A DNA stretch of 64,000 bases from Escherichia coli (GCF_003018255.1 NZ_CP027440.1), one strand, 5' to 3'. Positions 12,375 through 23,504 are shown, counted from the first letter of the stretch. Made by a program: numbers and translations. The notes: generated by a model from the sequence alone, not told the origin.

Positions 12375-12896
12375 TTACTTAATTACACCACAGGCATAGC
12401 GTTCACCGCCACCGCCCAGCGGTTTAGGTTGATCGGACATATTATCGCCGCCAACGTGGACCATCAGTGCTTTGTCTTTGACTTCATCCAGTGATTTCAG
12501 ACGAGGCGCGATGACGGCATCGGTAGCTTTGCCGTCATTATTGACGACCAGTGCAGGCAGATCGCCTAAATGCCCGGCACCTTCTGGCCCTTCATGTTTA
12601 CCGGTATTTTGTGGATCAAGATGCCCGCCTGCGGATTCTGCGGCGCTGGCTTTGCCATCTTTGGTGGCTGGCTGGCAGCTTCCTTTGGCATGAATATGGA
12701 AGCCATGTTCACCGGGAGGTAATGCTTTCAGATCGGGCGAAAACTCCAGACCTTTATCGGTTTCAGTAATGGTGACGCTACCAATTGACTGCCCAACCCC
12801 TTGCGACGTGACGAGGTTCATCTCGACTTTTTCACTGGCAGCTTGTGCGCCGGTCGCAACAACCAGCGCCAGAATGGCCAGACTAAAACGTTTCAT
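12375..12896 (-). CDS. sodC: periplasmic Cu,Zn superoxide dismutase
   Basis: ORF track 190 aa; internal start MKRFSLAILALVVATGAQA (signal peptide) gives 173 aa; His-rich copper-site motifs HGFHIHAKGSC and GGGGERYACGVIK. Confidence 0.92.
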   Translation of the reverse strand: MKRFSLAILALVVATGAQAASEKVEMNLVTSQGVGQSIGSVTITETDKGLEFSPDLKALPPGEHGFHIHAKGSCQPATKDGKASAAESAGGHLDPQNTGKHEGPEGAGHLGDLPALVVNNDGKATDAVIAPRLKSLDEVKDKALMVHVGGDNMSDQPKPLGGGGERYACGVIK

Positions 12897-12976
12897 AAGA
12901 CCTCCGTTCATTGTGCATTCCTGAATAAGTGTAAACCAGTGACACATTTTTGAACGGCAGCTATTCCTAAAAGTGC

Positions 12977-13873
12977 TTACGGTACGTCGTAACCTAGTGC
13001 CGCTTTACGGATACGGAACCATTGTTGACGGGTCATTTTCAGTGTTTCTGCTTCGACTGCTGCCCGTACGCGCTCAATTTTACCTGAGCCGATAATTGGC
13101 AGCGGCTGCGACGGTAAACGTAATACCCAGGCGTAAACCACCTGTTCAATCGAGCCCGCGTTTAACTCCTCTGCCACCACAGCCAGTTCATCACGCAGCG
13201 GCTGGAAATAATCATCATTAAACAGACGACCACCACCAAGGCAGGACCACGCCATCGGACGAACACGCAGTTGTTGCAGTTGGTCGAGCGTGCCATCCAG
13301 CAGTAACGGCTGATGTACCGGGGATATTTCCACCTGATTAGTGGCAAGGGTAAACGGCAGGCGTGATTGCAAAAGCGCAAATTGCACAGGCGTAAAGTTC
13401 GATACGCCAAAATGACGCACTTTGCCGCTCTGATGCAGATGTTTAAACGCGTCCGCCACTTCATCGGCATCCATTAACGGGTCTGGTCGGTGGATTAACA
13501 GCAGATCCAGATGATCGGTCGCGAGATTAATTAGCGACTGTTCGGCGCTCTTAATGATGTGATCGCGGTCAGTGATGTAATGACCAATGACGTTTTCTTC
13601 ACGCGCGGTCGTCGCGATACCGCATTTACTGACGATTTCCATCCGTTCACGCAGGTGAGGTGCCAGTTTCAACGCCTCGCCAAACGCCGCTTCGCACTGA
13701 TAGCCACCATAAATATCAGCATGGTCCACGGTGGTCACGCCGAAATCCAGATGCTCTTCAATAAAACTGACCAGCTGGCGGGCGGACATATTCCAGTCCA
13801 TCAATCGCCAGTAGCCCATCACAAAACGGGAAAACTCCGGGCCTTGCGGCGCAATAGTAATACGCTGAACCAT
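12977..13873 (-). CDS. ydhF: aldo-keto reductase family oxidoreductase
   Basis: 298 aa ORF; recognised as YdhF. Confidence 0.88.
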   Translation of the reverse strand: MVQRITIAPQGPEFSRFVMGYWRLMDWNMSARQLVSFIEEHLDFGVTTVDHADIYGGYQCEAAFGEALKLAPHLRERMEIVSKCGIATTAREENVIGHYITDRDHIIKSAEQSLINLATDHLDLLLIHRPDPLMDADEVADAFKHLHQSGKVRHFGVSNFTPVQFALLQSRLPFTLATNQVEISPVHQPLLLDGTLDQLQQLRVRPMAWSCLGGGRLFNDDYFQPLRDELAVVAEELNAGSIEQVVYAWVLRLPSQPLPIIGSGKIERVRAAVEAETLKMTRQQWFRIRKAALGYDVP

Positions 13874-13921
13874 AATCGCTTCCTCTTATCAGATATGAGA
13901 GGAGTATACGCAAGATTAGGC

Positions 13922-14161
13922 TCAAAAGAGTGATGGTTGCTCCGGTTCGTCTGATGACGCTGGCTTATTTGCGCGTAATTTGCGCATTAATCGCTGCCGA
14001 CAAAGGCGCAGCACCTCTTGTTTTTCGCCATCGCTCATTTTATTCCAGTTAAAACGCTCATCCCGACTACGAAAACAGCCGCGACAAAACCCGCGTTCGT
14101 CAGACTGGCAAATTCCCCGGCACGGGCTCTGGACGGGAAAGAACTCTAATTGCTCCGCCAC
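13922..14161 (-). CDS. ydhL: DUF1289 Cys-rich small protein
   Basis: ORF track 136 aa; the form I recall is 79 aa starting at GTG (VAEQLEFFPVQSPCRGICQSDERGFCRGCF...); the longer frame would overlap the nemR start on the other strand. Confidence 0.75.
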   Translation of the reverse strand: MAEQLEFFPVQSPCRGICQSDERGFCRGCFRSRDERFNWNKMSDGEKQEVLRLCRQRLMRKLRANKPASSDEPEQPSLF

Positions 14162-14233
14162 TTCGCCCTCCTCAAATAAGATTATTACCATTATTGAAGC
14201 TGTTAATGCCCAAAGTAGCAACTTTGCTTGCAC

Positions 14234-14249
14234 TAGACCGACTGGTCTA
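14234..14249. promoter_or_regulatory. NemR operator-like palindrome
   Basis: TAGACC-GACT-GGTCTA (6 bp inverted arms, 4 bp spacer) about 15 bp upstream of the nemR start; matches the TetR-family NemR box type. Confidence 0.6.
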
Positions 14250-14263
14250 CTACACTCCAACGC

Positions 14264-14863
14264 ATGAACAAACACACCGAACATGATACTCGCGAACATC
14301 TCCTGGCGACGGGCGAGCAACTTTGCCTGCAACGTGGATTCACCGGGATGGGGCTAAGCGAATTACTAAAAACCGCTGAAGTGCCGAAAGGGTCCTTCTA
14401 TCACTACTTTCGCTCTAAAGAAGCGTTTGGCGTTGCCATGCTTGAGCGCCATTACGCCACATATCACCAACGACTGACTGAGTTGCTGCAATCCGGCGAA
14501 GGTAACTACCGCGACCGCATACTGGCTTATTACCAGCAAACACTGAACCAGTTTTGCCAACATGGAACCATCAGTGGTTGCCTGACAGTAAAACTCTCTG
14601 CCGAAGTGTGCGATCTGTCAGAAGATATGCGTAGCGCGATGGATAAAGGCGCTCGCGGCGTGATCGCCCTGCTCTCGCAGGCGCTGGAAAATGGCCGTGA
14701 TAGCCATTGTTTAACCTTTTGTGGCGAACCGCTGCAACAGGCACAAGTGCTTTACGCACTATGGCTGGGTGCGAATCTGCAGGCCAAAATTTCGCGCAGT
14801 TTCGAGCCACTGGAAAACGCGCTGGCACATGTAAAAACCATTATTGCGACGCCTGCCGTTTAG
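14264..14863 (+). CDS. nemR: TetR-family electrophile-sensing repressor
   Basis: 199 aa ORF MNKHTEHDTREHLLATGEQLCLQRGF...; recognised as NemR/YdhM. Confidence 0.92.
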   Translation: MNKHTEHDTREHLLATGEQLCLQRGFTGMGLSELLKTAEVPKGSFYHYFRSKEAFGVAMLERHYATYHQRLTELLQSGEGNYRDRILAYYQQTLNQFCQHGTISGCLTVKLSAEVCDLSEDMRSAMDKGARGVIALLSQALENGRDSHCLTFCGEPLQQAQVLYALWLGANLQAKISRSFEPLENALAHVKTIIATPAV

Positions 14864-14899
14864 CAGGCATTTTTTATCACCAGACGACCGGGAGCCTTT

Positions 14900-15997
14900 A
14901 TGTCATCTGAAAAACTGTATTCCCCACTGAAAGTGGGCGCGATCACGGCGGCAAACCGTATTTTTATGGCACCGCTGACGCGTCTGCGCAGTATTGAACC
15001 GGGTGACATCCCTACCCCGTTGATGGCGGAATACTATCGCCAACGTGCCAGTGCCGGTTTGATTATTAGCGAAGCCACGCAAATTTCTGCCCAGGCAAAA
15101 GGGTATGCTGGTGCACCTGGCATCCATAGTCCGGAACAAATTGCCGCATGGAAAAAAATTACCGCTGGCGTTCATGCTGAAAATGGTCATATGGCCGTAC
15201 AGCTGTGGCACACCGGACGCATTTCTCACGCCAGCCTGCAACCTGGCGGTCAGGCACCGGTAGCGCCTTCCGCACTTAGCGCGGGAACACGTACTTCTCT
15301 GCGCGATGAAAATGGTCAGGCGATCCGTGTTGAAACATCCATGCCGCGTGCGCTTGAACTGGAAGAGATTCCGGGTATCGTCAATGATTTCCGTCAGGCC
15401 ATTGCTAACGCGCGTGAAGCCGGTTTTGATCTGGTAGAGCTCCACTCTGCTCATGGTTATTTGCTGCATCAGTTCCTTTCTCCTTCTTCAAACCATCGTA
15501 CCGATCAGTACGGCGGCAGCGTGGAAAATCGCGCACGTCTGGTGCTGGAAGTGGTCGATGCCGGGATTGAAGAATGGGGTGCCGATCGCATTGGCATTCG
15601 CGTTTCGCCAATCGGTACTTTCCAGAACACAGATAACGGCCCGAATGAAGAAGCCGATGCACTGTATCTGATAGAACAACTGGGTAAACGCGGCATTGCT
15701 TATCTGCATATGTCAGAACCAGATTGGGCGGGGGGTGAACCGTATACTGATGCGTTCCGCGAAAAAGTACGCGCCCGTTTCCACGGTCCGATTATCGGCG
15801 CAGGTGCATACACGGTAGAAAAAGCCGAAACGCTGATCGGCAAAGGGTTAATTGATGCGGTGGCATTTGGTCGTGACTGGATTGCGAACCCGGATCTGGT
15901 CGCCCGCTTGCAACGCAAAGCTGAGCTTAACCCACAGCGTGCCGAAAGTTTTTACGGTGGCGGCGCGGAAGGCTACACTGATTACCCGACGCTGTAA
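14900..15997 (+). CDS. nemA: N-ethylmaleimide reductase (Old Yellow Enzyme family)
   Basis: 365 aa [31 protein letters not shown]...; recognised as NemA. Confidence 0.93.
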
Positions 15998-16077
15998 TCC
16001 AACATTGCGAGCGGCGCAAAGCCGCCGCTATACTAAAACAACATTTTGAATCTGTTAGCCATTTTGAGGATATAAAG

Positions 16078-16485
16078 ATGCGTCTTCTTCATACCATGCT
16101 GCGCGTTGGCGATCTGCAACGCTCCATCGATTTTTATACCAAAGTACTGGGCATGAAACTGCTGCGTACCAGCGAAAACCCGGAATACAAATACTCACTG
16201 GCGTTTGTTGGCTACGGCCCGGAAACCGAAGAAGCGGTGATTGAACTGACCTACAACTGGGGCGTGGATAAATACGAACTCGGCACTGCTTATGGTCACA
16301 TCGCGCTTAGCGTAGATAACGCCGCTGAAGCGTGCGAAAAAATCCGTCAGAACGGCGGTAACGTCACCCGTGAAGCGGGTCCGGTAAAAGGCGGCACTAC
16401 GGTTATCGCGTTTGTGGAAGATCCGGACGGTTACAAAATTGAGTTAATCGAAGAGAAAGACGCCGGTCGCGGTCTGGGCAACTAA
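16078..16485 (+). CDS. gloA: glyoxalase I (lactoylglutathione lyase)
   Basis: 135 aa [32 protein letters not shown]...; recognised as GloA. Confidence 0.94.
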
Positions 16486-16587
16486 TCTCCTGCCGGGCGT
16501 GAACTCATCGCGCCCGCATCTTTACTGCATCGACAAGTAATATTTGTCATAATGCGCGCTGCAATTTATCCGTATTAAGAGAATCAG

Positions 16588-17235
16588 ATGTCCGATAACG
16601 CTCAACTTACCGGTCTGTGCGACCGTTTTCGTGGTTTTTATCCTGTTGTGATCGATGTTGAAACAGCTGGATTTAACGCCAAAACCGATGCGCTGCTTGA
16701 GATTGCCGCCATCACCCTGAAAATGGATGAACAAGGCTGGCTGATGCCGGACACCACATTACATTTCCACGTCGAACCATTTGTCGGCGCAAATTTGCAG
16801 CCAGAGGCCCTCGCCTTCAACGGCATTGACCCGAACGATCCCGATCGCGGCGCGGTCAGCGAATACGAGGCGCTGCACGAAATTTTTAAAGTTGTGCGTA
16901 AAGGTATTAAAGCGAGCGGTTGTAACCGCGCCATTATGGTGGCGCACAACGCCAATTTCGATCACAGCTTTATGATGGCCGCCGCAGAACGCGCCTCACT
17001 GAAACGTAACCCGTTCCACCCTTTCGCCACTTTTGACACTGCTGCACTGGCCGGGCTGGCACTCGGACAAACCGTATTGTCAAAGGCTTGCCAGACCGCT
17101 GGCATGGACTTCGACAGCACCCAGGCGCACTCCGCGCTGTACGACACCGAACGCACTGCTGTGCTGTTTTGTGAAATCGTCAACCGCTGGAAACGTCTGG
17201 GAGGCTGGCCGCTACCTGCCGCCGAAGAGGTGTAA
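16588..17235 (+). CDS. rnt: ribonuclease T (DEDDh exonuclease)
   Basis: 215 aa [32 protein letters not shown]...; recognised as RNase T. Confidence 0.94.
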
Positions 17236-17327
17236 TCGAGTCGATGCCTGATGACATGCAATGATTCAGGCATCTATAGTGAGGCTATTCCACGCATCAT
17301 GCATGATATTCACGGGGAATAGCGTTA

Positions 17328-20300
17328 ATGGCAGATAATCCAAACCTTTCATCGCCCCTGCCGGACGTGTTTTCACCGGCAACCCGCGACTGGTTTCTTC
17401 GCGCCTTTAAACAGCCGACCGCTGTCCAGTCGCAAACATGGCATGTGACGGCGCGAGGCGAACATGCGCTGGTGATTGCACCGACCGGCTCCGGGAAAAC
17501 GCTGGCAGCATTTCTCTACGCCCTCGATCAGCTCTTCCGCGAAGGCGGCGAAGATACCCGCGAGGCGCATAAACGTAAAACCTCACGCATCCTCTATATT
17601 TCACCGATAAAAGCCCTTGGCACCGACGTTCAGCGCAACTTGCAGATCCCGTTACAGGGTATTGCCGATGAACGGCGGCGGCGCGGCGAAACGGAAGTCA
17701 ATCTTCGCGTGGGGATCCGTACTGGCGATACGCCCGCACAGGAACGCAGCAAACTCACCCGTAATCCGCCGGATATTCTGATCACCACACCCGAATCACT
17801 CTATCTGATGCTGACCTCCCGCGCGCGCGAAACGCTACGCGGCGTCGAAACGGTAATTATTGATGAAGTCCACGCGGTAGCAGGCAGTAAACGTGGTGCG
17901 CATCTGGCGTTAAGTCTGGAGCGGCTCGATGCGCTGCTCCACACCTCAGCACAGCGAATTGGCCTTTCTGCCACTGTGCGTTCAGCCAGCGATGTGGCAG
18001 CATTTCTTGGTGGCGATCGCCCGGTTACGGTAGTCAACCCGCCCGCAATGCGCCATCCGCAGATACGGATTGTCGTACCGGTCGCCAATATGGATGATGT
18101 CTCATCGGTCGCCAGCGGCACCGGCGAAGACAGCCATGCCGGCCGGGAAGGCTCCATCTGGCCATATATTGAAACGGGTATCCTTGATGAAGTTTTGCGC
18201 CATCGCTCGACCATTGTCTTTACTAATTCACGCGGGCTGGCGGAAAAACTGACGGCACGATTAAATGAGCTTTACGCCGCACGCTTACAGCGTTCCCCAT
18301 CTATCGCCGTTGATGCGGCCCATTTCGAGTCGACCTCCGGCGCAACCTCTAACCGTGTACAAAGTAGCGACATTTTTATTGCCCGCTCACACCACGGCTC
18401 CGTCTCTAAAGAACAACGAGCAATCACCGAACAGGCGCTGAAATCGGGTGAATTACGCTGTGTGGTTGCAACCTCCAGTCTCGAACTGGGGATTGATATG
18501 GGCGCGGTGGATCTGGTGATTCAGGTGGCAACGCCGCTTTCTGTTGCCAGTGGGTTACAACGCATTGGACGTGCCGGACACCAGGTAGGTGGTATCTCCA
18601 AAGGGCTTTTTTTCCCCCGAACCAGGCGTGACTTAGTCGATTCCGCAGTCATTGTTGAGTGTATGTTCGCAGGCAGGCTGGAAAACCTGACACCACCGCA
18701 TAATCCACTCGACGTCCTTGCGCAGCAAACCGTTGCCGCCGCGGCGATGGATGCATTACAGGCAGACGAATGGTACTCCCGCGTACGCCGTGCCGCACCG
18801 TGGAAAGATCTGCCAAGACGTGTTTTTGACGTCACGCTGGATATGCTTTCCGGGCGCTATCCCTCTGGCGATTTTTCTGCTTTTCGACCAAAACTGGTCT
18901 GGAACAGGGAGACCGGGATATTGACCGCCCGACCTGGCGCTCAGCTGTTGGCGGTTACCAGCGGTGGCACCATTCCGGATCGTGGCATGTATAGCGTGTT
19001 ATTACCCGAAGGTGAAGAACAGGCCGGTTCGCGGCGGGTGGGTGAACTGGATGAGGAGATGGTATATGAGTCGCGGGTGAACGACATTATCACTCTCGGC
19101 GCTACCTCATGGCGGATCCAGCAAATCACCCGCGATCAGGTGATTGTGACTCCTGCTCCAGGTCGTTCTGCCCGCCTTCCCTTCTGGCGTGGTGAAGGTA
19201 ACGGACGTCCGGCAGAATTAGGCGAGATGATCGGCGATTTTCTCCATTTACTGGCGGATGGCGCGTTCTTTTCCGGGACTATTCCCCCGTGGTTGGCAGA
19301 AGAAAATACGATCGCCAATATTCAGGGGTTGATTGACGAGCAGCGCAACGCGACGGGCATCGTTCCGGGGAGTCGTCATCTGGTCCTCGAACGGTGCCGT
19401 GATGAAATTGGTGACTGGCGTATTATTTTGCACTCTCCCTATGGAAGACGGGTGCATGAACCCTGGGCGCTGGCGATTGCCGGGCGAATACATGCACTAT
19501 GGGGCGCTGACGCGTCTGTGGTTGCCAGTGATGACGGCATTGTTGCGCGCATTCCTGACACCGATGGTAAATTGCCTGATGCCGCGATTTTTTTGTTTGA
19601 ACCAGAAAAGTTGCTGCAAATTGTCCGCGAGGCGGTAGGCAGCTCGGCACTTTTCGCCGCCCGTTTTCGCGAATGCGCCGCGCGGACATTATTAATGCCG
19701 GGCCGCACGCCGGGCCATCGCACCCCGCTCTGGCAACAACGGCTGCGCGCCAGTCAGTTGCTGGAAATCGCTCAGGGATATCCAGATTTTCCGGTCATTC
19801 TCGAAACCCTACGCGAATGTCTGCAAGATGTTTATGATCTTCCCGCGCTGGAACGTTTGATGCGTCGCCTGAACGGTGGCGAAATTCAAATATCCGATGT
19901 AACGACCACTACGCCTTCGCCTTTCGCCGCCAGTTTATTGTTCGGCTATGTCGCGGAATTTATGTACCAGAGCGACGCCCCGCTGGCAGAGCGCCGGGCA
20001 TCCGTACTGTCGCTGGACAGCGAGTTACTGCGCAATCTACTCGGACAGGTCGATCCGGGGGAATTACTCGACCCACAGGTCATTCGCCAGGTGGAAGAAG
20101 AGTTGCAACGACTGGCTCCTGGCAGAAGAGCGAAAGGTGAAGAAGGATTGTTCGACCTGCTGCGCGAACTGGGGCCAATGACCGTTGAAGACCTGGCGCA
20201 ACGACATACAGGCAGCAGTGAAGAGATTGCGTCGTATCTGGAAAATCTTCTTGCAGTAAAACGAATCTTCCCGACCATGATTAGCGGGCAGGAGCGTCTT

Positions 20301-21944
20301 GCCTGTATGGATGATGCCGCCAGGCTGCGCGATGCTCTCGGCGTACGACTACCAGAGTCACTGCCAGAGATTTATTTGCACCGAGTCAGTTACCCGCTTC
20401 GCGACCTCTTTCTGCGCTATCTCCGGGCTCATGCTCTGGTCACGTCTGAACAACTGGCTCATGAGTTTAGTCTCGGTATTGCCATTGTCGAAGAGCAACT
20501 TCAGCAACTGCGCGAACAGGGGCTGGTGATGAATCTGCAACAAGACATCTGGGTGAGCGATGAAGTATTTCGTCGTCTGCGTTTGCGCTCGCTGCAAGCC
20601 GCCAGAGAAGCGACGCGTCCCGTTGCGGCCACGACCTATGCGCGATTGCTGCTGGAACGTCAGGGCGTATTACCCGCCACCGATGGTAGCCCGGCACTCT
20701 TTGCCTCAACATCGCCAGGCGTTTATGAGGGCGTGGATGGCGTCATGCGGGTGATCGAACAGCTTGCCGGAGTCGGTTTACCCGCCTCACTCTGGGAAAG
20801 CCAGATCCTGCCTGCCCGCGTACGCGACTATTCGCCAGAAATGCTCGATGAATTACTGGCAACCGGTGCGGTTATCTGGTCGGGGCAAAAAAAGCTGGGT
20901 GAAGATGACGGTCTGGTGGCACTGCATCTACAGGAATATGCCGCAGAATCGTTCACTCCCGCCGAAGCGAATCAGGCGAATAGTTCGGCGCTGCAGCAAG
21001 CGATAGTCACGGTTCTGGCTGACGGAGGAGCCTGGTTTGCACAACAAATCAGCCAACGGATACGCGATAAAATCGGCGAATCGGTTGATCCCTCAGCCAT
21101 GCAAGAGGCGTTATGGGCGCTGGTCTGGCAAGGCGTCATCACCAGCGACATTTGGGCACCGTTACGCGCCCTCACCCGCAGCAGTACCAACACACGCACC
21201 TCAACTCGCCGCAGTCACCGGGCTCGTCGTGGACGTCCTGTCTATGCGCAACCCGTCTCGCCGCTGGTATCTTACAACACACCAAAGCTTGCTGGACGCT
21301 GGTCGTTATTGCAGGTGGAGCCACTAAACGATACCGAAAGGATGCTGGCGCTGGCGGAAAATATGCTCGACCGCTACGGCATCATCAGTCGTCAGGCGGT
21401 GATAGCCGAAAATATCCCTGGCGGGTTTCCATCGATGCAAACGCTTTGTCGAAGTATGGAAGACTCCGGGCGAATTATGCGAGGTCGTTTTGTAGAAGGT
21501 CTGGGTGGCGCGCAATTCGCTGAACGTCTGACTATTGACCGATTGCGCGATCTGGCGACACAAGCCACGCAAACGCGCCACTATACACCAGTGGCGCTCT
21601 CTGCCAACGATCCGGCTAATGCATGGGGAAATCTTCTGCCCTGGCCTGCACATCCGGCAACGCTGATACCAACGCGTCGGGCGGGTGCGCTGGTGGTCGT
21701 TTCTGGCGGCAAATTGTTACTCTATCTGGCGCAAGGTGGCAAAAAAATGCTGGTCTGGCAGGAAAAAGAGGAATTACTCGCCCCAGAGATTTTCCACGCG
21801 CTGACTACCGCACTGCGTCGCGAACCACGGCTGCGCTTTACGCTAACAGAAGTGAATGACCTACCGGTCCGGCAAACGCCGATGTTTACGCTGCTGCGTG
21901 AGGCGGGATTTTCAAGTTCGCCACAAGGGCTGGATTGGGGATAG
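17328..21944 (+). CDS. lhr: large ATP-dependent helicase Lhr (SF2, DEAH)
   Basis: 1538 aa ORF with Walker A APTGSGKT and DEVH motifs; recognised as Lhr. Confidence 0.94.
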   Translation: MADNPNLSSPLPDVFSPATRDWFLRAFKQPTAVQSQTWHVTARGEHALVIAPTGSGKTLAAFLYALDQLFREGGEDTREAHKRKTSRILYISPIKALGTDVQRNLQIPLQGIADERRRRGETEVNLRVGIRTGDTPAQERSKLTRNPPDILITTPESLYLMLTSRARETLRGVETVIIDEVHAVAGSKRGAHLALSLERLDALLHTSAQRIGLSATVRSASDVAAFLGGDRPVTVVNPPAMRHPQIRIVVPVANMDDVSSVASGTGEDSHAGREGSIWPYIETGILDEVLRHRSTIVFTNSRGLAEKLTARLNELYAARLQRSPSIAVDAAHFESTSGATSNRVQSSDIFIARSHHGSVSKEQRAITEQALKSGELRCVVATSSLELGIDMGAVDLVIQVATPLSVASGLQRIGRAGHQVGGISKGLFFPRTRRDLVDSAVIVECMFAGRLENLTPPHNPLDVLAQQTVAAAAMDALQADEWYSRVRRAAPWKDLPRRVFDVTLDMLSGRYPSGDFSAFRPKLVWNRETGILTARPGAQLLAVTSGGTIPDRGMYSVLLPEGEEQAGSRRVGELDEEMVYESRVNDIITLGATSWRIQQITRDQVIVTPAPGRSARLPFWRGEGNGRPAELGEMIGDFLHLLADGAFFSGTIPPWLAEENTIANIQGLIDEQRNATGIVPGSRHLVLERCRDEIGDWRIILHSPYGRRVHEPWALAIAGRIHALWGADASVVASDDGIVARIPDTDGKLPDAAIFLFEPEKLLQIVREAVGSSALFAARFRECAARTLLMPGRTPGHRTPLWQQRLRASQLLEIAQGYPDFPVILETLRECLQDVYDLPALERLMRRLNGGEIQISDVTTTTPSPFAASLLFGYVAEFMYQSDAPLAERRASVLSLDSELLRNLLGQVDPGELLDPQVIRQVEEELQRLAPGRRAKGEEGLFDLLRELGPMTVEDLAQRHTGSSEEIASYLENLLAVKRIFPTMISGQERLACMDDAARLRDALGVRLPESLPEIYLHRVSYPLRDLFLRYLRAHALVTSEQLAHEFSLGIAIVEEQLQQLREQGLVMNLQQDIWVSDEVFRRLRLRSLQAAREATRPVAATTYARLLLERQGVLPATDGSPALFASTSPGVYEGVDGVMRVIEQLAGVGLPASLWESQILPARVRDYSPEMLDELLATGAVIWSGQKKLGEDDGLVALHLQEYAAESFTPAEANQANSSALQQAIVTVLADGGAWFAQQISQRIRDKIGESVDPSAMQEALWALVWQGVITSDIWAPLRALTRSSTNTRTSTRRSHRARRGRPVYAQPVSPLVSYNTPKLAGRWSLLQVEPLNDTERMLALAENMLDRYGIISRQAVIAENIPGGFPSMQTLCRSMEDSGRIMRGRFVEGLGGAQFAERLTIDRLRDLATQATQTRHYTPVALSANDPANAWGNLLPWPAHPATLIPTRRAGALVVVSGGKLLLYLAQGGKKMLVWQEKEELLAPEIFHALTTALRREPRLRFTLTEVNDLPVRQTPMFTLLREAGFSSSPQGLDWG

Positions 21945-21994
21945 AGAAAGGACTGACGAATGCCCGTTCGCATCCGTCAGTATTGCAGGACGGA

Positions 21995-22342
21995 TTATTC
22001 AGCGTCCGGCTCTTCAGACTTGTATTTAGCGGCAGTTTCTTTGATCAGCTGCTGCAGTTCGCCACGCTGATACATTTCGATCACGATATCACAACCGCCG
22101 ACCAGCTCGCCGTCAACCCACAGTTGCGGGAAGGTCGGCCAGTTAGCATATTTCGGCAGTTCCGCACGAATGTCCGGATTCTGCAGGATATCAACATAGG
22201 CAAAACGTTCGCCACATGCGGCAAGCGCCTGGACTGCCTGGGCAGAGAAACCGCAGCTCGGCAGTTTCGGTGAACCTTTCATGTACAGCAGGATCGGGTT
22301 TTCAGCAATCTGGCGTTGGATTTTTTCGATAGTGGTGCTCAT
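21995..22342 (-). CDS. grxD: monothiol glutaredoxin (Grx4)
   Basis: 115 aa ORF with CGFS active-site motif (PKLPSCGFSAQ). Confidence 0.93.
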   Translation of the reverse strand: MSTTIEKIQRQIAENPILLYMKGSPKLPSCGFSAQAVQALAACGERFAYVDILQNPDIRAELPKYANWPTFPQLWVDGELVGGCDIVIEMYQRGELQQLIKETAAKYKSEEPDAE

Positions 22343-22676
22343 TGTCTTGCTTCCTCAAACTTCTTTACGGCAGTAATCTGACATTGTAGCGGGTCAGTGC
22401 GGCATCGGAAAATAACATTTTCATCACGCTTTTGCTATTTTATCCCTTTGCTCTATTTGTTGCATTTCAAATATTCGTTTCTTCCCTGACGCACGGCAAA
22501 CTGGCGTATTTATAACCATTTTTAGCTTTCACTGCTGCATTTTTTTGCGCTCGCCAACGAAACGTATTTTTTAACAATAAAAGCTATTAACTTTCTCTTC
22601 TTCTATGCATTAGAATCATCAAGTTTTGTAAATCAGACGCAGGCATGATAGACCTGCCTTAACAGAGGGACGCTCA

Positions 22677-23504
22677 GTGGCGCGGATAAACCGTATTTCG
22701 ATCACGCTCTGTGCTTTACTTTTTACCACCCTGCCTTTAACGCCTATGGCCCATGCTTCAAAGCAAGCCAGGGAGAGTTCTGCTACTACTCATATCACCA
22801 AAAAAGCAGATAAAAAGAAAAGCACGGCAACCACCAAAAAGACCCAGAAAGCCAGCCAGAAAACAGCGAAAAAAGCCGCCAGTAAAAGTACGACCAAAAG
22901 CAAAACCGCTTCTTCCGTTAAAAAATCTTCCATTACCGCTTCTAAAAACGCCAAAACTCGCAGCAAACATGCCGTCAATAAAACGGCCTCAGCCAACTTT
23001 ACCGAAAAGTGTACCAAACGTAAGGGCTATAAATCGCATTGTGTGAAAGTCAAAAATGCCGCGTCAGGAACCCTTGCCGACGCGCACAAAGCGAAGGTGC
23101 AAAAAGCCACGAAAGTGGCAATGAATAAACTGATGCAACAAATTGGTAAGCCATATCGTTGGGGCGGCAGCTCACCGCGTACCGGTTTTGATTGCAGCGG
23201 CCTGGTTTATTACGCTTATAAAGATTTGGTGAAAATTCGTATTCCGCGTACGGCGAATGAAATGTATCACCTGCGTGATGCAGCACCTATCGAACGTAGT
23301 GAACTGAAAAACGGCGACCTGGTCTTCTTCCGTACTCAGGGACGCGGTACAGCCGATCATGTCGGCGTGTATGTCGGCAACGGCAAATTTATTCAGTCAC
23401 CGCGCACGGGCCAAGAAATTCAAATCACTTCTCTCAGTGAAGACTACTGGCAGCGCCACTATGTTGGCGCTCGTCGGGTAATGACCCCAAAAACACTTCG
23501 CTAA
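22677..23504 (+). CDS. mepH: peptidoglycan DD-endopeptidase, NlpC/P60 family
   Basis: ORF from GTG at 22677 (275 aa) with signal peptide, Lys/Thr/Ser-rich linker and C-terminal NlpC/P60 domain (DCSGLVYYAY...H); exact start uncertain by a few codons. Confidence 0.88.
   Translation: MARINRISITLCALLFTTLPLTPMAHASKQARESSATTHITKKADKKKSTATTKKTQKASQKTAKKAASKSTTKSKTASSVKKSSITASKNAKTRSKHAVNKTASANFTEKCTKRKGYKSHCVKVKNAASGTLADAHKAKVQKATKVAMNKLMQQIGKPYRWGGSSPRTGFDCSGLVYYAYKDLVKIRIPRTANEMYHLRDAAPIERSELKNGDLVFFRTQGRGTADHVGVYVGNGKFIQSPRTGQEIQITSLSEDYWQRHYVGARRVMTPKTLR

Noticed and set aside
17373-21653. Numerous 60-140 aa ORFs on both strands inside lhr.
   Set aside because: Nested within a well-supported 1538 aa helicase gene; Arg/Ser/Pro-rich translations typical of out-of-frame GC-rich sequence.
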